DNA of 64,000 nucleotides from Actinomycetota bacterium (GCA_016781135.1 JADDQY010000078.1:79834-143833), one strand, 5' to 3'; numbered from the stretch's first letter, positions 48,634-58,534 are shown. Notes: generated by a model not told the origin, from the sequence alone. Numbers and translations are program-made.

Positions 48634-49199
48634 GACGAGTCCTGGTCGTAGAACTCGGGCTCGCGGCTGACCCCGTCGTCGAGGCCCTCCCCGGCGCTCT
48701 CGTCAGCGGGCAGCGCGGCCTGGAGGCGGGCCCGACCGGCCTGGACGGTCTTGGTGGTGCGGTCGAGCACGATCTCGAACTGCGCCAGCTTCTGGTCGCA
48801 GAAGTCCTCGGCCTCGTGGCGCAGGCGCCGCGCCTCGGCCTCGGCCTCGTCGACGGTTCGCCGGGCGCTCTGCTGGGCGGCCCGGACGACCTCGGTGCGC
48901 TGCACCATCCGCTCGGCTCGCACCCGGGCCGCCTCGAGGATCTCGTCGCCCTCCCGCCGCACCTTGGCGAGGAACTCCTGGCGCTCCCTCAGCAGCCACC
49001 TCGCCGCCCGAAGCTCCTCGGGCAGGCGGTTGAGCGCCTCGTCGACCAGCTCGAGCACCTCGTCACGGTTGACCATCACCGACGCCGACAGCGGCATGGG
49101 CCGAGCGTTGCCGATCAGGTCGGCCACCCTGCGCAGCAGGGTCTCCACGTCGGCTGCTCCGGTGGCAGCGCGGCCGTAGTCGTGCTCAGCGATGCCCAT
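48630..49199 (-). CDS. DivIVA-like coiled-coil protein (SepIVA/Rv2927c-type)
   Basis: ARPMPLSASVMVNRDE...LPEELRAARWLL; conserved coaD-to-yceD position. Confidence 0.8.
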   Translation of the reverse strand: MGIAEHDYGRAATGAADVETLLRRVADLIGNARPMPLSASVMVNRDEVLELVDEALNRLPEELRAARWLLRERQEFLAKVRREGDEILEAARVRAERMVQRTEVVRAAQQSARRTVDEAEAEARRLRHEAEDFCDQKLAQFEIVLDRTTKTVQAGRARLQAALPADESAGEGLDDGVSREPEFYDQDSS

Positions 49200-49213
49200 G
49201 ACGTCGCCTCCCT

Positions 49214-49693
49214 TCATCTCGGGAACCTTTGGTGGAGCCGCGAAGCCACGGCCGGGGGGACCATGGTGGTGACATCGCCGCCGAGACGGACGATCTCGCG
49301 GATGTACTTCGATGCAATGTAGGAGTTTGGTGAGGCGGACGGCACGAACAGGGTGTGGACCCCGGACATGGCCAGGTTCATCTGTGCCTGAGCCATCTCG
49401 CTCTCGAGGTCCGACGGTGCCCGCAGCCCACGCACGATCATGTCCGCACCCACCTCCTTGGCGAGATCGACCACCAGCGAGGCAAAACGGGTCACCGAGG
49501 CGTTGCCGACGTGGGCCAGCGACGCCTCGATGACCGCCACCCGTTCGTCGAGGGTGAGCAGGGGTACGCCCTTGGCCGGGTCGTGCCACGCCGCCACCAC
49601 CACCTCGTCGAAGAGGAAGGCCGCGGTCTCGACCAGCTCGCGATGCCCGTTGTGGAAGGGATCGAACGACCCCGGGTAGAGAACCTTGGTCAC
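49214..49693 (-). CDS. coaD: Phosphopantetheine adenylyltransferase
   Basis: YPGSFDPFHNGH, IVRGLR, SKYIRE. Confidence 0.95.
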   Translation of the reverse strand: MTKVLYPGSFDPFHNGHRELVETAAFLFDEVVVAAWHDPAKGVPLLTLDERVAVIEASLAHVGNASVTRFASLVVDLAKEVGADMIVRGLRAPSDLESEMAQAQMNLAMSGVHTLFVPSASPNSYIASKYIREIVRLGGDVTTMVPPAVASRLHQRFPR

Positions 49694-49718
49694 CCTGCCC
49701 TCCGGGTCCGTGCAGCCG

Positions 49719-50243
49719 TCAGCGCTGCCGGGCGATGGTCACCACCGTAGCCCCGTAGTTCTTGACCCGGAGAGGATCCCAGCGCGGACCGGGTTGCACG
49801 GCTCGATCGGATTCGAGCACCGCCACCTCGGCGTCGAGCGTGCCCAGCACCGCCGACCAGGCGTCGTCGTCGAAGCGGTAGGGGGGATCGACGAGGGCGA
49901 GGTCGAAGCGCCCGGGCGCTCCGGCGAGAAACCGCACGACGTCACTGCGCACCAGTCGCGCCTCGGGCTCCAAGCCGGTGCTCGCCAGGTTGGCCCGCAC
50001 CACGGTGAGGGCCCGGGCGTCGTGGTCGACGAAGGTCACGCTGGCCGCCCCCCGGGAGAGCGCCTCGACCCCCATCGCCCCCGAGCCGGCGAACAGATCG
50101 ACCACGGCCGCCCCTTCGACCACCCCCAGGCTGGTCAGCGCGTTGAACACCGCCTCGCGCACCCGGTTACTCGTGGGGCGGATCGACCGGCCGGAAGGGG
50201 CGGCCAGTCGCCGCCCCCGGGCGACCCCGGCCACCACCCGCAT
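49719..50243 (-). CDS. rsmD: 16S rRNA m2G966 methyltransferase RsmD
   Basis: MRVVAG, RPTSNRVREAVFN, DLFAGSG, EALSRGA, DPPY. Confidence 0.96.
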   Translation of the reverse strand: MRVVAGVARGRRLAAPSGRSIRPTSNRVREAVFNALTSLGVVEGAAVVDLFAGSGAMGVEALSRGAASVTFVDHDARALTVVRANLASTGLEPEARLVRSDVVRFLAGAPGRFDLALVDPPYRFDDDAWSAVLGTLDAEVAVLESDRAVQPGPRWDPLRVKNYGATVVTIARQR

Positions 50244-50335
50244 CGCCGGCACGGTAGCGCCGCCGGCATCACCCGGTGCTCGCGCTCGCAGTAGCGCTCA
50301 GAGGTACCAAGTGCCGGACTGAGGGAGGCGAACGT

Positions 50336-52471
50336 CTAGCTCTTGAACAGGAACTCGGTGCGCTCGTCGTCTGCGCTGTCGTCGGCGCCGAGGAGCAGGG
50401 CGACCTCGTCCACCAGCAGGGGGTGCCCGTCGAGCCCTCCCTCGCCGTCGACCAGCTCGAAGGCCACCTCCCGGGCCCGGCCGACCCAGACCTCGTCACG
50501 GCGCAGCGAGGCCAGGCGCAGGTCGCTGCGACCCTTCTGGTGCGCCCCCATCAGGGTGCCCTCGCCTCGCAGCCCGAGGTCGACCTCGGCCAGCTCGAAG
50601 CCGTCGCTGGTCCGCTCCAGCGCCTCCAGGCGGGCCTGGCCGTCGGCGACGACGTCTGCTGCGTCGGCCAGCAGGTAGCACCACGAGGCGGCCGAGCCCC
50701 GGCCCACCCGGCCCCGGAGCTGGTGGAGCTGGGCCAGCCCGAAGCGGTCGGCGTCGATGACCACCATGACGGTGGCGTTGGGCACGTCGACGCCGACCTC
50801 GATGACGGTGGTGGCCACGAGGACGTCGATGCGCCCGGCCCGGAACGCCTCCATGGCCACCTCCTTGTCCTTCACCCCGACCCGGCCGTGCAGCAACCCG
50901 AGGCGCAGCCCGGCCAGCTCGCCGGTGCTCAGCCGGTCGTAGGTCTCCTGGGCGGAGCGGGCCTCGAGCTTGTCGGACTCCTCGATCAGCGGGCACACCA
51001 CGTAGGCCTGGTGACCGGCCTCGACCTCGGCGGCCACGCAGGCCCACGCCTCGGCCTCCTCAGCGGCGGTGCGGGCCCACCGGGTGACGACGGGTGTACG
51101 ACCGGGCGGGAGCTCGTCGAGCACGCTCACGTCGAGGTCGCCGTAGACCGTCATCGCCGCGGTGCGGGGAATGGGCGTGGCGGTCATGACCAACACGTCG
51201 GGGATCGCTTCGCCCTTTTCCCGCAACGCCGCCCGCTGCTCCACCCCGAAACGGTGCTGCTCGTCGATGACCGCCACCCCGAGCGAGCGGAACGCCACCT
51301 TCTCCTGGATGAGGGCATGGGTGCCGACCACGATGTCGACCTCGCCCGACGCCAGCGCCCCGGCCAGGCGCGATCGTTCGGAGGGGGTGCTCCGGGAGGT
51401 GAGGCTCTCCACCCGCACCGGGCGCTCGTCGAAGAGGTTGCCGCCCTCGTCGGCCAGCGTGAGCCCCTCGAGGAGCCCGCGGATGCTCGCGTGGTGCTGC
51501 TCGGCCAGCACCTCGGTGGGAGCCATGAACGCCCCCTGGCGCCCGCCCTCGACGGCAACCAACAGGGCGCTGAGGGCGACGAGGGTCTTCCCGGCGCCCA
51601 CGTCACCCTGGAGCAAACGGTGCATCGGGACGGAGGCGGCCAGGTCGGCTTCGATCTCGGCGAGGGCTCGGCGTTGGGCGTCGGTGAGCGGGAAGGGGAG
51701 TCGCCGGTGGAAGCGCTCCACCAGCCCTCCCGCCACGTCGTGGGCAATACCCACCGCCCGCAGCTCCAGGTCACGCTTGCGCCGGACCAGGACCAGCTGG
51801 ATCCGCAACAGCTCGTCGAACACCAGCCGCAGGCGCGCGGCCCGGTGCTCGCTCGCCGAGGCGGGCAGGTGGATGCCGTGGAGGGCAGCGGTGCGGTCGA
51901 CCAACCCGTAGCGCTCGACCACCTCCACCGGCACCGGATCGGCCAGCGTCCCCGCCCGGCCCAGCGCCTCCTCGACCCAGGCGCCCAGCTCCCACGTCGT
52001 GAGGCCGGCCTTGTCCGACTGGGGGTACACGGGGACGATGCGACCAGTGCGGTCGCCGACCAGGTCGACGACCGGGTTGGTCATGCGCCGCCGCCCCTGG
52101 AACTCCTCGAGCTTTCCGAAGAAGATGGCGCTGGTCCCGGCCTTCAGCTGGTTGGCCCGCCACGCCTGGTTGAAGAAGGTGCAGCGCAGGTAGCCCGAAC
52201 CGTCGGTGACATCGACCTCCACCAGGCTGCGGCGGTTGCGGGTCCGTCGCGACTGCACCCGCCGCACCCGCCCCAGCACCATCCCCTCCTCCCCGAGCCC
52301 GAGATCGGCGATGTGGGCCTGGTTGGTGCGGTCGATGTAGCGGCGGGGGTAGTGCATCAGCAGGTCGAGGACGCTGGAGATGCCCAGAACCGCCAACCCC
52401 TCGGCCTTCTTCGGCCCCACCCCGGCCAGCTCCGTGACCGGGACCCCTGCCAACTGGCGCAGCCGCCTCAT
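50336..52471 (-). CDS. recG: ATP-dependent DNA helicase RecG
   Basis: YPRRY, RLLQGDVGAGKT, MAPTEVLA, IDEQHRFGV, MTATPIPR, QLHQLRGRVGRG, GFELAEVDL. Confidence 0.97.
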   Translation of the reverse strand: MRRLRQLAGVPVTELAGVGPKKAEGLAVLGISSVLDLLMHYPRRYIDRTNQAHIADLGLGEEGMVLGRVRRVQSRRTRNRRSLVEVDVTDGSGYLRCTFFNQAWRANQLKAGTSAIFFGKLEEFQGRRRMTNPVVDLVGDRTGRIVPVYPQSDKAGLTTWELGAWVEEALGRAGTLADPVPVEVVERYGLVDRTAALHGIHLPASASEHRAARLRLVFDELLRIQLVLVRRKRDLELRAVGIAHDVAGGLVERFHRRLPFPLTDAQRRALAEIEADLAASVPMHRLLQGDVGAGKTLVALSALLVAVEGGRQGAFMAPTEVLAEQHHASIRGLLEGLTLADEGGNLFDERPVRVESLTSRSTPSERSRLAGALASGEVDIVVGTHALIQEKVAFRSLGVAVIDEQHRFGVEQRAALREKGEAIPDVLVMTATPIPRTAAMTVYGDLDVSVLDELPPGRTPVVTRWARTAAEEAEAWACVAAEVEAGHQAYVVCPLIEESDKLEARSAQETYDRLSTGELAGLRLGLLHGRVGVKDKEVAMEAFRAGRIDVLVATTVIEVGVDVPNATVMVVIDADRFGLAQLHQLRGRVGRGSAASWCYLLADAADVVADGQARLEALERTSDGFELAEVDLGLRGEGTLMGAHQKGRSDLRLASLRRDEVWVGRAREVAFELVDGEGGLDGHPLLVDEVALLLGADDSADDERTEFLFKS

Positions 52472-52511
52472 GCCCCCTCCCCGCGCCTCGTGACCGGACC
52501 GGGGCGAACGC

Positions 52512-54146
52512 TCACTCGATGCCGAGAAGATACGGGTACAGGGGCTGGCCACCGTGGTGGACCTCGACCGCCACGTCCGGTCGGTGCTCGGCCAGCCAAC
52601 CGGTAATGCGGGACGTGTCCTCGGCCGCTGCCTCTTCCCCCTCGATGAGGGTGACCAGCTCGTGGCGGTCTTCGGCGAGCACGCCGAGCAGGGCGATGGC
52701 GGCCGCCGCCGCGTCCTCCTCCACCACCTCGATGCCCCCGGGCCCGATGCCGAGCCAGTCGCCGGCGGCGATGGGACCGGCAGCGCAGCTGGAGCTGCGC
52801 ACCGCCCTGGTGACCTCGCCGGCCACCACCGGGGCGGCCGCCGTAGCCATGGCCTTGGCGTTCTCCTCCGCCCCCGCTCGGGGGTCGAGGGCGAGCAGTG
52901 CCGCCAGCCCCTCGGCGACACCCTCACTGGGCACGACCCGCACCGTCCGGGCGGTGAGCCCGTCGAGCTGCTCGGCCACGGCCATGATGTTGCTGTTGTT
53001 CGGCAACACCACCACCTGCTCGGCGCCGGTGGCCTCGACCGCGTCGAGGAGCTCGGCGGTGGAAGGGTTCATCGACTGGCCCCCGGCCACGACCTCGGTG
53101 GCACCCAGCGACCGGAACAGACGGTGCAGCCCCTCGCCGCTGGCCACCGCCACCACCGCGGTGGTGCCGGCGACGGCCGGTCTCTCTGAGGCCGGCGCCG
53201 CCGCCCGGTCGACCCAGCCCTGTTCCTGGACCTGCCCGGCCAGGTCGGTCACTCGAATCTGGCGGGGACGGCCGGCGTCGATCCCCGCCTCCACCGCCGC
53301 CCCGATGTCATCGGTGTGGACGTGGCAGTTCCAGATGCCCTCGCCCCCGACCACGGCGATGGAGTCACCGATGGCCTCCCACGCCGTCCGCAGCGCGGGC
53401 ACGGCCTCGTCGGGAGCCTCGAGCAGGAACATCACTTCGTAGCGGGGCCCCCCGGGGGTCTCCACATCGCTCGGCGCCGGGGGATGCGCGGCGCTGCGCC
53501 CGACGGGCACCGCTGCCGGCTCGGGGAGAGGGCGGCCGTCGACCACGCTGAGGACGGCGTCGAGCAGGAGCAGGAAGCCGCTTCCCCCGGCGTCGACCAC
53601 GCCGGCCTGGCGGAGCACGTCGAGCAGCTCGGGCGTGCGACCCAGCGAGGCCGCACCCTCGGCACGGGCGGCGTCGAGCACCTCGACCAGGGCCGCGTCC
53701 GCTCGGGCGCCGGCCGCTGCCTCCGCTGCCTCCCGGACCACGGTGAGGATCGTCCCCTCGACCGGGCGCCCCACCGCCTGGTACGCCCCTTCGGCCGCTG
53801 CCTTCAGGGCCCGAGCCACCACCTCGCCGTTGGCGCGCTCGGCGTCCCGCAGCACCGAGGTCAGGCCCCGGAGGATCTGGGACAGGATCACGCCGGAGTT
53901 CCCGCGGGCGCCCATGAGCGAGCCGCGGGCGACCGCGTCGCAGACCGAGGCCATGCTCTGACCGGCCCCCTCGAGCTCAGCCACGACCGACTCGAGGGTG
54001 AGCGCCATGTTGGTACCGGTGTCGCCGTCGGGGACGGGGTAGACGTTGAGGCCGTTGATGGCCTCGCGGTGAGCCTTCAGAGCGTCGCGGTAGGCGGTCA
54101 CCACCGCCCTCAGGTCGCCCGCCCCCAGGTGCTCCAGGCGTTGCAT
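52512..54146 (-). CDS. fakA: DAK2-domain fatty acid kinase subunit FakA
   Basis: INGLNVYPVPDGDTGTNM, GARGNSGVILSQ, PVEGTILTV, VDAGG, GGQSMNPS, GGQPLY. Confidence 0.9.
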   Translation of the reverse strand: MQRLEHLGAGDLRAVVTAYRDALKAHREAINGLNVYPVPDGDTGTNMALTLESVVAELEGAGQSMASVCDAVARGSLMGARGNSGVILSQILRGLTSVLRDAERANGEVVARALKAAAEGAYQAVGRPVEGTILTVVREAAEAAAGARADAALVEVLDAARAEGAASLGRTPELLDVLRQAGVVDAGGSGFLLLLDAVLSVVDGRPLPEPAAVPVGRSAAHPPAPSDVETPGGPRYEVMFLLEAPDEAVPALRTAWEAIGDSIAVVGGEGIWNCHVHTDDIGAAVEAGIDAGRPRQIRVTDLAGQVQEQGWVDRAAAPASERPAVAGTTAVVAVASGEGLHRLFRSLGATEVVAGGQSMNPSTAELLDAVEATGAEQVVVLPNNSNIMAVAEQLDGLTARTVRVVPSEGVAEGLAALLALDPRAGAEENAKAMATAAAPVVAGEVTRAVRSSSCAAGPIAAGDWLGIGPGGIEVVEEDAAAAAIALLGVLAEDRHELVTLIEGEEAAAEDTSRITGWLAEHRPDVAVEVHHGGQPLYPYLLGIE

Positions 54147-54207
54147 GGCCGGTGATGCTACCCGCCGGCTGAGGGCCGGCCCCGGTGCACTGGTAGCATG
54201 CCCGCCC

Positions 54208-54420
54208 ATGGCAGCGGTATGTCAGCTGTGCGGCAAGCACCCCTCCTTCGGGATGACCATCAGCCACTCCCACCGGCGCACCAAGCGGCGCTGGAACCCC
54301 AACATCCAGCGCGTCCGGGCGGTGGTCGACGGGGCGCCGAGGCGCCTGCACGTGTGCACGTCGTGCATCAAGGCCGGCAGGGTCACCAAGCCCGGCCGTC
54401 CCGCGCGTGCCGAGGCCTGA
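54208..54420 (+). CDS. rpmB: 50S ribosomal protein bL28 (Zn-binding form)
   Basis: CQLCGK, SHSHRRTKRRWNPNIQ, VCTSCIK. Confidence 0.97.
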   Translation: MAAVCQLCGKHPSFGMTISHSHRRTKRRWNPNIQRVRAVVDGAPRRLHVCTSCIKAGRVTKPGRPARAEA

Positions 54421-54462
54421 CACCTTCGGGCCCCTGGTTCGAGCACGAGTCGAGGGAGTCGA

Positions 54463-54705
54463 GTGCAGGGTGTGGTGAAGGCCTACGACCCGGGGAGCGG
54501 CCAGGGCGTCGTGATGTCCGACAGCGACCTGTCCGAGTACGACCTGGCCCCCGACGCCCTCGACGGCTCGGTGTTCCGGATGCTGCGACAGGGCCAACGG
54601 GTGGTGTTCCGCCTCGACGCCGGGGGCCGGGCCACCCAGCTGCGTCTCGGCTCGGAGGTCGACATGGGTACGCCCGGCTTCGAGACCGACCGGAACGGCT
54701 CCTAG
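54463..54705 (+). CDS. Small cold-shock-like OB-fold protein
   Basis: MQGVVKAYD...LRQGQRVVF..A..LRL follows the CSD skeleton but lacks the RNP1/RNP2 aromatics. Confidence 0.7.
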   Translation: MQGVVKAYDPGSGQGVVMSDSDLSEYDLAPDALDGSVFRMLRQGQRVVFRLDAGGRATQLRLGSEVDMGTPGFETDRNGS

Positions 54706-54742
54706 GCCGCTGGGGCGGCACCGCACGACCGCCGGGCGGCTG

Positions 54743-55693
54743 CTAGGGGAGCCGGGAGAACCACACCAGCGACCCCACCCCGGCCAGCATGGCCAGGGCG
54801 AAGGCGACACCGGTGAACCAGCCTCCGATCTCGCGCTGCTCGGTGACGAAACCGATGGAGCTGCCGATGTCGCGGTAGACCGTCTCCAGCTGCTCGGTGG
54901 TGGCCGCCTCGAACGCCGACCCCCCCGTGGCGTCGGCCAGGGCCCGCAGGTCGGCCTGGTTGACGGCCACCGGCACGCTCTGGCCCTGGTAGCTGATCAC
55001 CCCCTCGGGGGTGCCGAAGGCGATGGTGGTGACCGGCACCCCCGCCTCGCTGGCAGCCTGGGCCGCCACGTCGTTCGGCGTGCCCACCTGGGTCTCGCCG
55101 TCGGAGAGCAACAGGATGTGAGCAGGGACCGGCTGACCATCGATTGCGTCGGGCACCGACTCGATGGCGTCGAGAGAGGCGAGCACGGCGTCGCCGATGG
55201 CGGTCGACTCCGAGAGCTCCAGGCGGTCGATGGCGGCGGTGACCATCGGGCGGTCCGTGGTCGGGGGCACCAGCACCCGAGCCGACCCGGCGAAGGCCAC
55301 CAGACCGAGGTTGATCTCCTCGGGGAGCAGCTCCGCGAACGAGATGGCCGCCTCCTTGGCCGATGCCAGGCGCGACGGCCGTACGTCGGTGGCGTCCATG
55401 GAGATCGACACGTCGATCGCCATGATGATGGTGGCCCGCTCGCGGGGGACCAGCTCGGCCCGGGCAGGGTGGGCGAGTGCCGCCACCATCGCCAGCAACG
55501 ATGCCAGCAGGAGCGCGGCGGGCAGATGGCGGCGCCAGCCGGGGCTGGCGGGGGCGACCGAGCCGAGCAGGGCGAGGTTCGTGAAGCGCACTGCGTAGCG
55601 CCGCCGCCCCCTCACCTGGACGATGACGTAGGCCACCGCCAGCGCCACGACGGCGACCAGCAGCGCCAACCGCTCCGGCGCCAGGAAGGTCAC
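54743..55693 (-). CDS. vWA domain membrane protein (BatA/Rv1481-like)
   Basis: N- and C-terminal TMs; MIDAS DVSIS, TAIGD, LLSDG. Confidence 0.93.
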   Translation of the reverse strand: MTFLAPERLALLVAVVALAVAYVIVQVRGRRRYAVRFTNLALLGSVAPASPGWRRHLPAALLLASLLAMVAALAHPARAELVPRERATIIMAIDVSISMDATDVRPSRLASAKEAAISFAELLPEEINLGLVAFAGSARVLVPPTTDRPMVTAAIDRLELSESTAIGDAVLASLDAIESVPDAIDGQPVPAHILLLSDGETQVGTPNDVAAQAASEAGVPVTTIAFGTPEGVISYQGQSVPVAVNQADLRALADATGGSAFEAATTEQLETVYRDIGSSIGFVTEQREIGGWFTGVAFALAMLAGVGSLVWFSRLP

Positions 55694-56637
55694 CGCTGGC
55701 GTCCCGGGATCCCCGAGGCACGCCGGCGCCGACGGCGGTAGTCGACGAAGGCCACCACGTCGGCCAGCCAGTCGCGGTCGGTGCGCAGCACCAGGTGGTC
55801 GGCACCGGCGCCCCGCACCGCCCGCCGGTGCTCTTCTCGCTGGCGCGCCGCCGCGTCCGCGTAGCGGGCCCGCAGCTTGGGATTGGCCGTCTGCACCTCG
55901 AGACGTCGTCCGGTCTCGGGGTCGACCAGGGCCAGCATTCCCACGTCGGGCAGCTCCAGCTCCCTCGGGTCGAGCACCTCGACCGCCACCACGTCGTGGC
56001 GGGCGGCGAGGTTGCGAAGCGGCCGGTCCCAGCCGGGTACCCCGACGAAGTCGCTCACCACCACCACCAGCCCCCGCCGGCGGGCCACCCGCCCGCACAT
56101 CCGCAGCGCCGCGCCCAGGTCGGTGGGCCCGCCGCCGTCGGCGCGAGGGGTGGCGGCCACCCGGTGCAGGGTGGCCAGCAGGTGCCGGCGACCGGAGCGA
56201 GCGGGCATCGACACCGTCGAGGTCCCGTGCACGAGCACGGCTCCGAAGCGGTTCCCGCCGCGAGCGGTGAGATGACCGAAGGCGGCGACCGCAGCCAGCG
56301 CCAGGTCACGCTTCTCACAGGACGAGGTCCCGAAGTCGAGGCTGGCTGACAGATCGACCACCGCCCACGTGGTCAGCTCCCGGTCGGCGATGGGCATGCG
56401 CACGTGGGCCTCGCCGGTGCGGGCAGTGACGTTCCAGTCGATCAGGCGCACGTCGTCGCCGGGCTGGTACTGCCGAGCCTCCCCCGCCTCGCTCCCGTGA
56501 CCGGGAAGCAGCCCCTGGTAGTCCCCCTGGAGGACCCCGTCGAGGCGACGGGTGACCACGAGCTCGAGGCGCCGCAGCAGCTCTTCGGTGCCCGGTCGCC
56601 CCGTCGATCCGACGGTGGGCGTGGGAGCGAGCGTCAC
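55690..56637 (-). CDS. DUF58 family protein
   Basis: RQYQPGDDVRLIDWNVTAR, ERELT, DLSASLDFG, VVSDF, RHDV. Confidence 0.93.
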   Translation of the reverse strand: MTLAPTPTVGSTGRPGTEELLRRLELVVTRRLDGVLQGDYQGLLPGHGSEAGEARQYQPGDDVRLIDWNVTARTGEAHVRMPIADRELTTWAVVDLSASLDFGTSSCEKRDLALAAVAAFGHLTARGGNRFGAVLVHGTSTVSMPARSGRRHLLATLHRVAATPRADGGGPTDLGAALRMCGRVARRRGLVVVVSDFVGVPGWDRPLRNLAARHDVVAVEVLDPRELELPDVGMLALVDPETGRRLEVQTANPKLRARYADAAARQREEHRRAVRGAGADHLVLRTDRDWLADVVAFVDYRRRRRRASGIPGRQR

Positions 56638-57662
56638 GTCGTGGCGGCCGACCCGGCTCGCCGCGACTCCACCAACGGAGCGGTCACGACCGAGAGCACC
56701 CGGGCCAGCACGGCATCGGCCTCCACGCCCTCGGCGAGCGCCTCGTAGGAGAGCACGAGGCGGTGGCGCAACACGTCGAAGGCAACATCGAACACGTCCT
56801 GGGGCACGAGGTAGTCGCGCCCCCGCAGCAGGGCGAGTGCGCGTCCGGCCGCCACCAGCCCGAGGCTGCCCCGGGGGCTGGCGCCGTAGGCGATGTAGGG
56901 GGAGAGCTCGGAGAGGCCGTGGTCGGCGGGTGCCCGGGTGGCGAGCACGAGGCGCACGGCGTAGTCGGCCACCCCGGCGTCGACGAACACCGCATCGGTT
57001 GCCTCCTGCAAGCGGAGGAGGTCGTCGACATCGATCACGCGGGCCGCAGACGGTGGCCGCACGCCCATGCGCCGCACCACCTCCATCTCCTCGGTGTGGC
57101 TGGGGTAGCCCACCACCACCTTCATCAAGAAGCGGTCTCTCTGGGCCTCGGGCAGCGGGTAGACCCCTTCGCTCTCGATCGGGTTCTGGGTGGCCAGCAC
57201 CACGAACGGCAACGGAACCTGGTGGGTCACCCCTGCGATGCTCACCTGCTTCTCCGCCATGACCTCCAGCAACGCCGACTGCACCTTGGCCGGTGCCCGA
57301 TTGATCTCGTCGGCCAGGACGAAGTTGGCGAACACCGGGCCGAGCTCGACGTCGAAGCGCTCGGCTCCGGCTCGGTAGATGCGGGTGCCGACGATGTCGG
57401 CAGGGATCAGGTCGGGGGTGAACTGGAGGCGGGAGAAGGTGCCGCCCACCGCCGTGGCCACGGTCTCGATGGCCAGGGTCTTGGCCAGGCCGGGGACTCC
57501 CTCGACCAGGCAGTGGCCCCGGGCGAGCAGGGCCACGAGCACCCGCTCCAGCAGGCGGTCCTGGCCCACGATGATCCGCTTGACCTCGAACAGCACCCGT
57601 TCGAGCAGTGCCGCCTCGGCAGTGGCGGGCGCGACACGGACGGGTTGAGGGGCGTCGCTCAC
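56634..57662 (-). CDS. MoxR family AAA+ ATPase (MoxR1-like)
   Basis: VEGVPGLAKT, QFTPDLIPAD, DEINRAPAKVQSALLE, ATQNPIESEG, GASPR. Start set at GTG 57662, 7 nt after TAGCGT; the ORF track uses 57671. Confidence 0.96.
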   Translation of the reverse strand: MSDAPQPVRVAPATAEAALLERVLFEVKRIIVGQDRLLERVLVALLARGHCLVEGVPGLAKTLAIETVATAVGGTFSRLQFTPDLIPADIVGTRIYRAGAERFDVELGPVFANFVLADEINRAPAKVQSALLEVMAEKQVSIAGVTHQVPLPFVVLATQNPIESEGVYPLPEAQRDRFLMKVVVGYPSHTEEMEVVRRMGVRPPSAARVIDVDDLLRLQEATDAVFVDAGVADYAVRLVLATRAPADHGLSELSPYIAYGASPRGSLGLVAAGRALALLRGRDYLVPQDVFDVAFDVLRHRLVLSYEALAEGVEADAVLARVLSVVTAPLVESRRAGSAATT

Positions 57663-57734
57663 CGCCGTCACGCTACCGGCGGGTGCCTTGCCGGCGGCCG
57701 CGGGAGGCCCGGACCGTCTCGATCGTCGAGCTGC

Positions 57735-58103
57735 CTACGGGCGGGCGCCGATGGTCACGGCCCGCAGGCCGAGGCCCATGAGGAACAGGCCTCCGAAGCC
57801 GTAGAGCAGGAAGCGCCAACGCTCGAGCTGCTGGCGGTAGGAGTAGATGATGCCGACGGTGACGAGAGCGACGAAGCCATAGAACATGTGGAACTGCGCC
57901 GCCGCCCGGCCTTGGCCGGCCACCATGGCGACGCCGAAACCGACCTGCACGAAGATGGCCACCTCGACCGCGGCAGTGAACCACCACAGCGCCCGGGTCC
58001 GAAGCGACGGCGCCCAATGGGCCCCGAGCGCCCACAGGCCGGTGAGGGCGTTGCCGACGATGACGATCCACGCCGAGGCGACGTGGAGGTCGAACAGGAT
58101 CAG
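57735..58103 (-). CDS. Small multi-TM hypothetical protein
   Basis: Several hydrophobic helices with HMFYGF; the best coupled start is CTG overlapping the upstream stop (CTGA), uncertain. Confidence 0.7.
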   Translation of the reverse strand: MILFDLHVASAWIVIVGNALTGLWALGAHWAPSLRTRALWWFTAAVEVAIFVQVGFGVAMVAGQGRAAAQFHMFYGFVALVTVGIIYSYRQQLERWRFLLYGFGGLFLMGLGLRAVTIGARP

Positions 58104-58423
58104 GAGGGTTCCTTGCCGGTCGCCACCTCGTAGGACCACAGCTCGCTGGTCATCGCCAGCGGCGCCTGGCTGCTCGGGCGCTGCTGGTGCTGGTCGCGGA
58201 ACGCCGACGATCCCATCCACGCCTGGAACGACGCTTCGTCGCGCCAGTGGGTGACGACCAGCCACGTCGTGCGCCCGTCGGTCGGGCGCAGGAGCTCGAA
58301 GCCCTCGAAGCCGTCCTGGCGATCGACCTCGCCCGCTCTGGCGGCAAAGCGCCGAGCCAGCTCGTCCCCGTGCTCGACCGGCACGGTGATGGCGTTGATC
58401 TTCACCACGGACCCAGCGGCCAT
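58100..58423 (-). CDS. ABM-domain monooxygenase, MhuD/IsdG-like
   Basis: VVKINAI, RRFAAR, GFEGFELLRP, VVTHW, FQAW...H; SD GGAGGAG. Confidence 0.85.
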   Translation of the reverse strand: MAAGSVVKINAITVPVEHGDELARRFAARAGEVDRQDGFEGFELLRPTDGRTTWLVVTHWRDEASFQAWMGSSAFRDQHQQRPSSQAPLAMTSELWSYEVATGKEPS

Positions 58424-58534
58424 GACCACCTCTCCTCCAGCCGTCGGTGGACCGACATTGTCGATGTGCCGGCGATGGTACCGCTCGCCCCTCCAGCCGC
58501 CGGCCACCACCCGCGACCGGCGCTGGCCTCGATC

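Noticed and set aside
50276-52606. 776-aa plus-strand ORF antisense to recG, and similar long shadow ORFs (e.g. 43235-45679, 35767-37656, 9835-11448)
   Set aside because: They mirror real genes on the opposite strand, lack recognisable motifs, and are expected from GC-rich codon bias.
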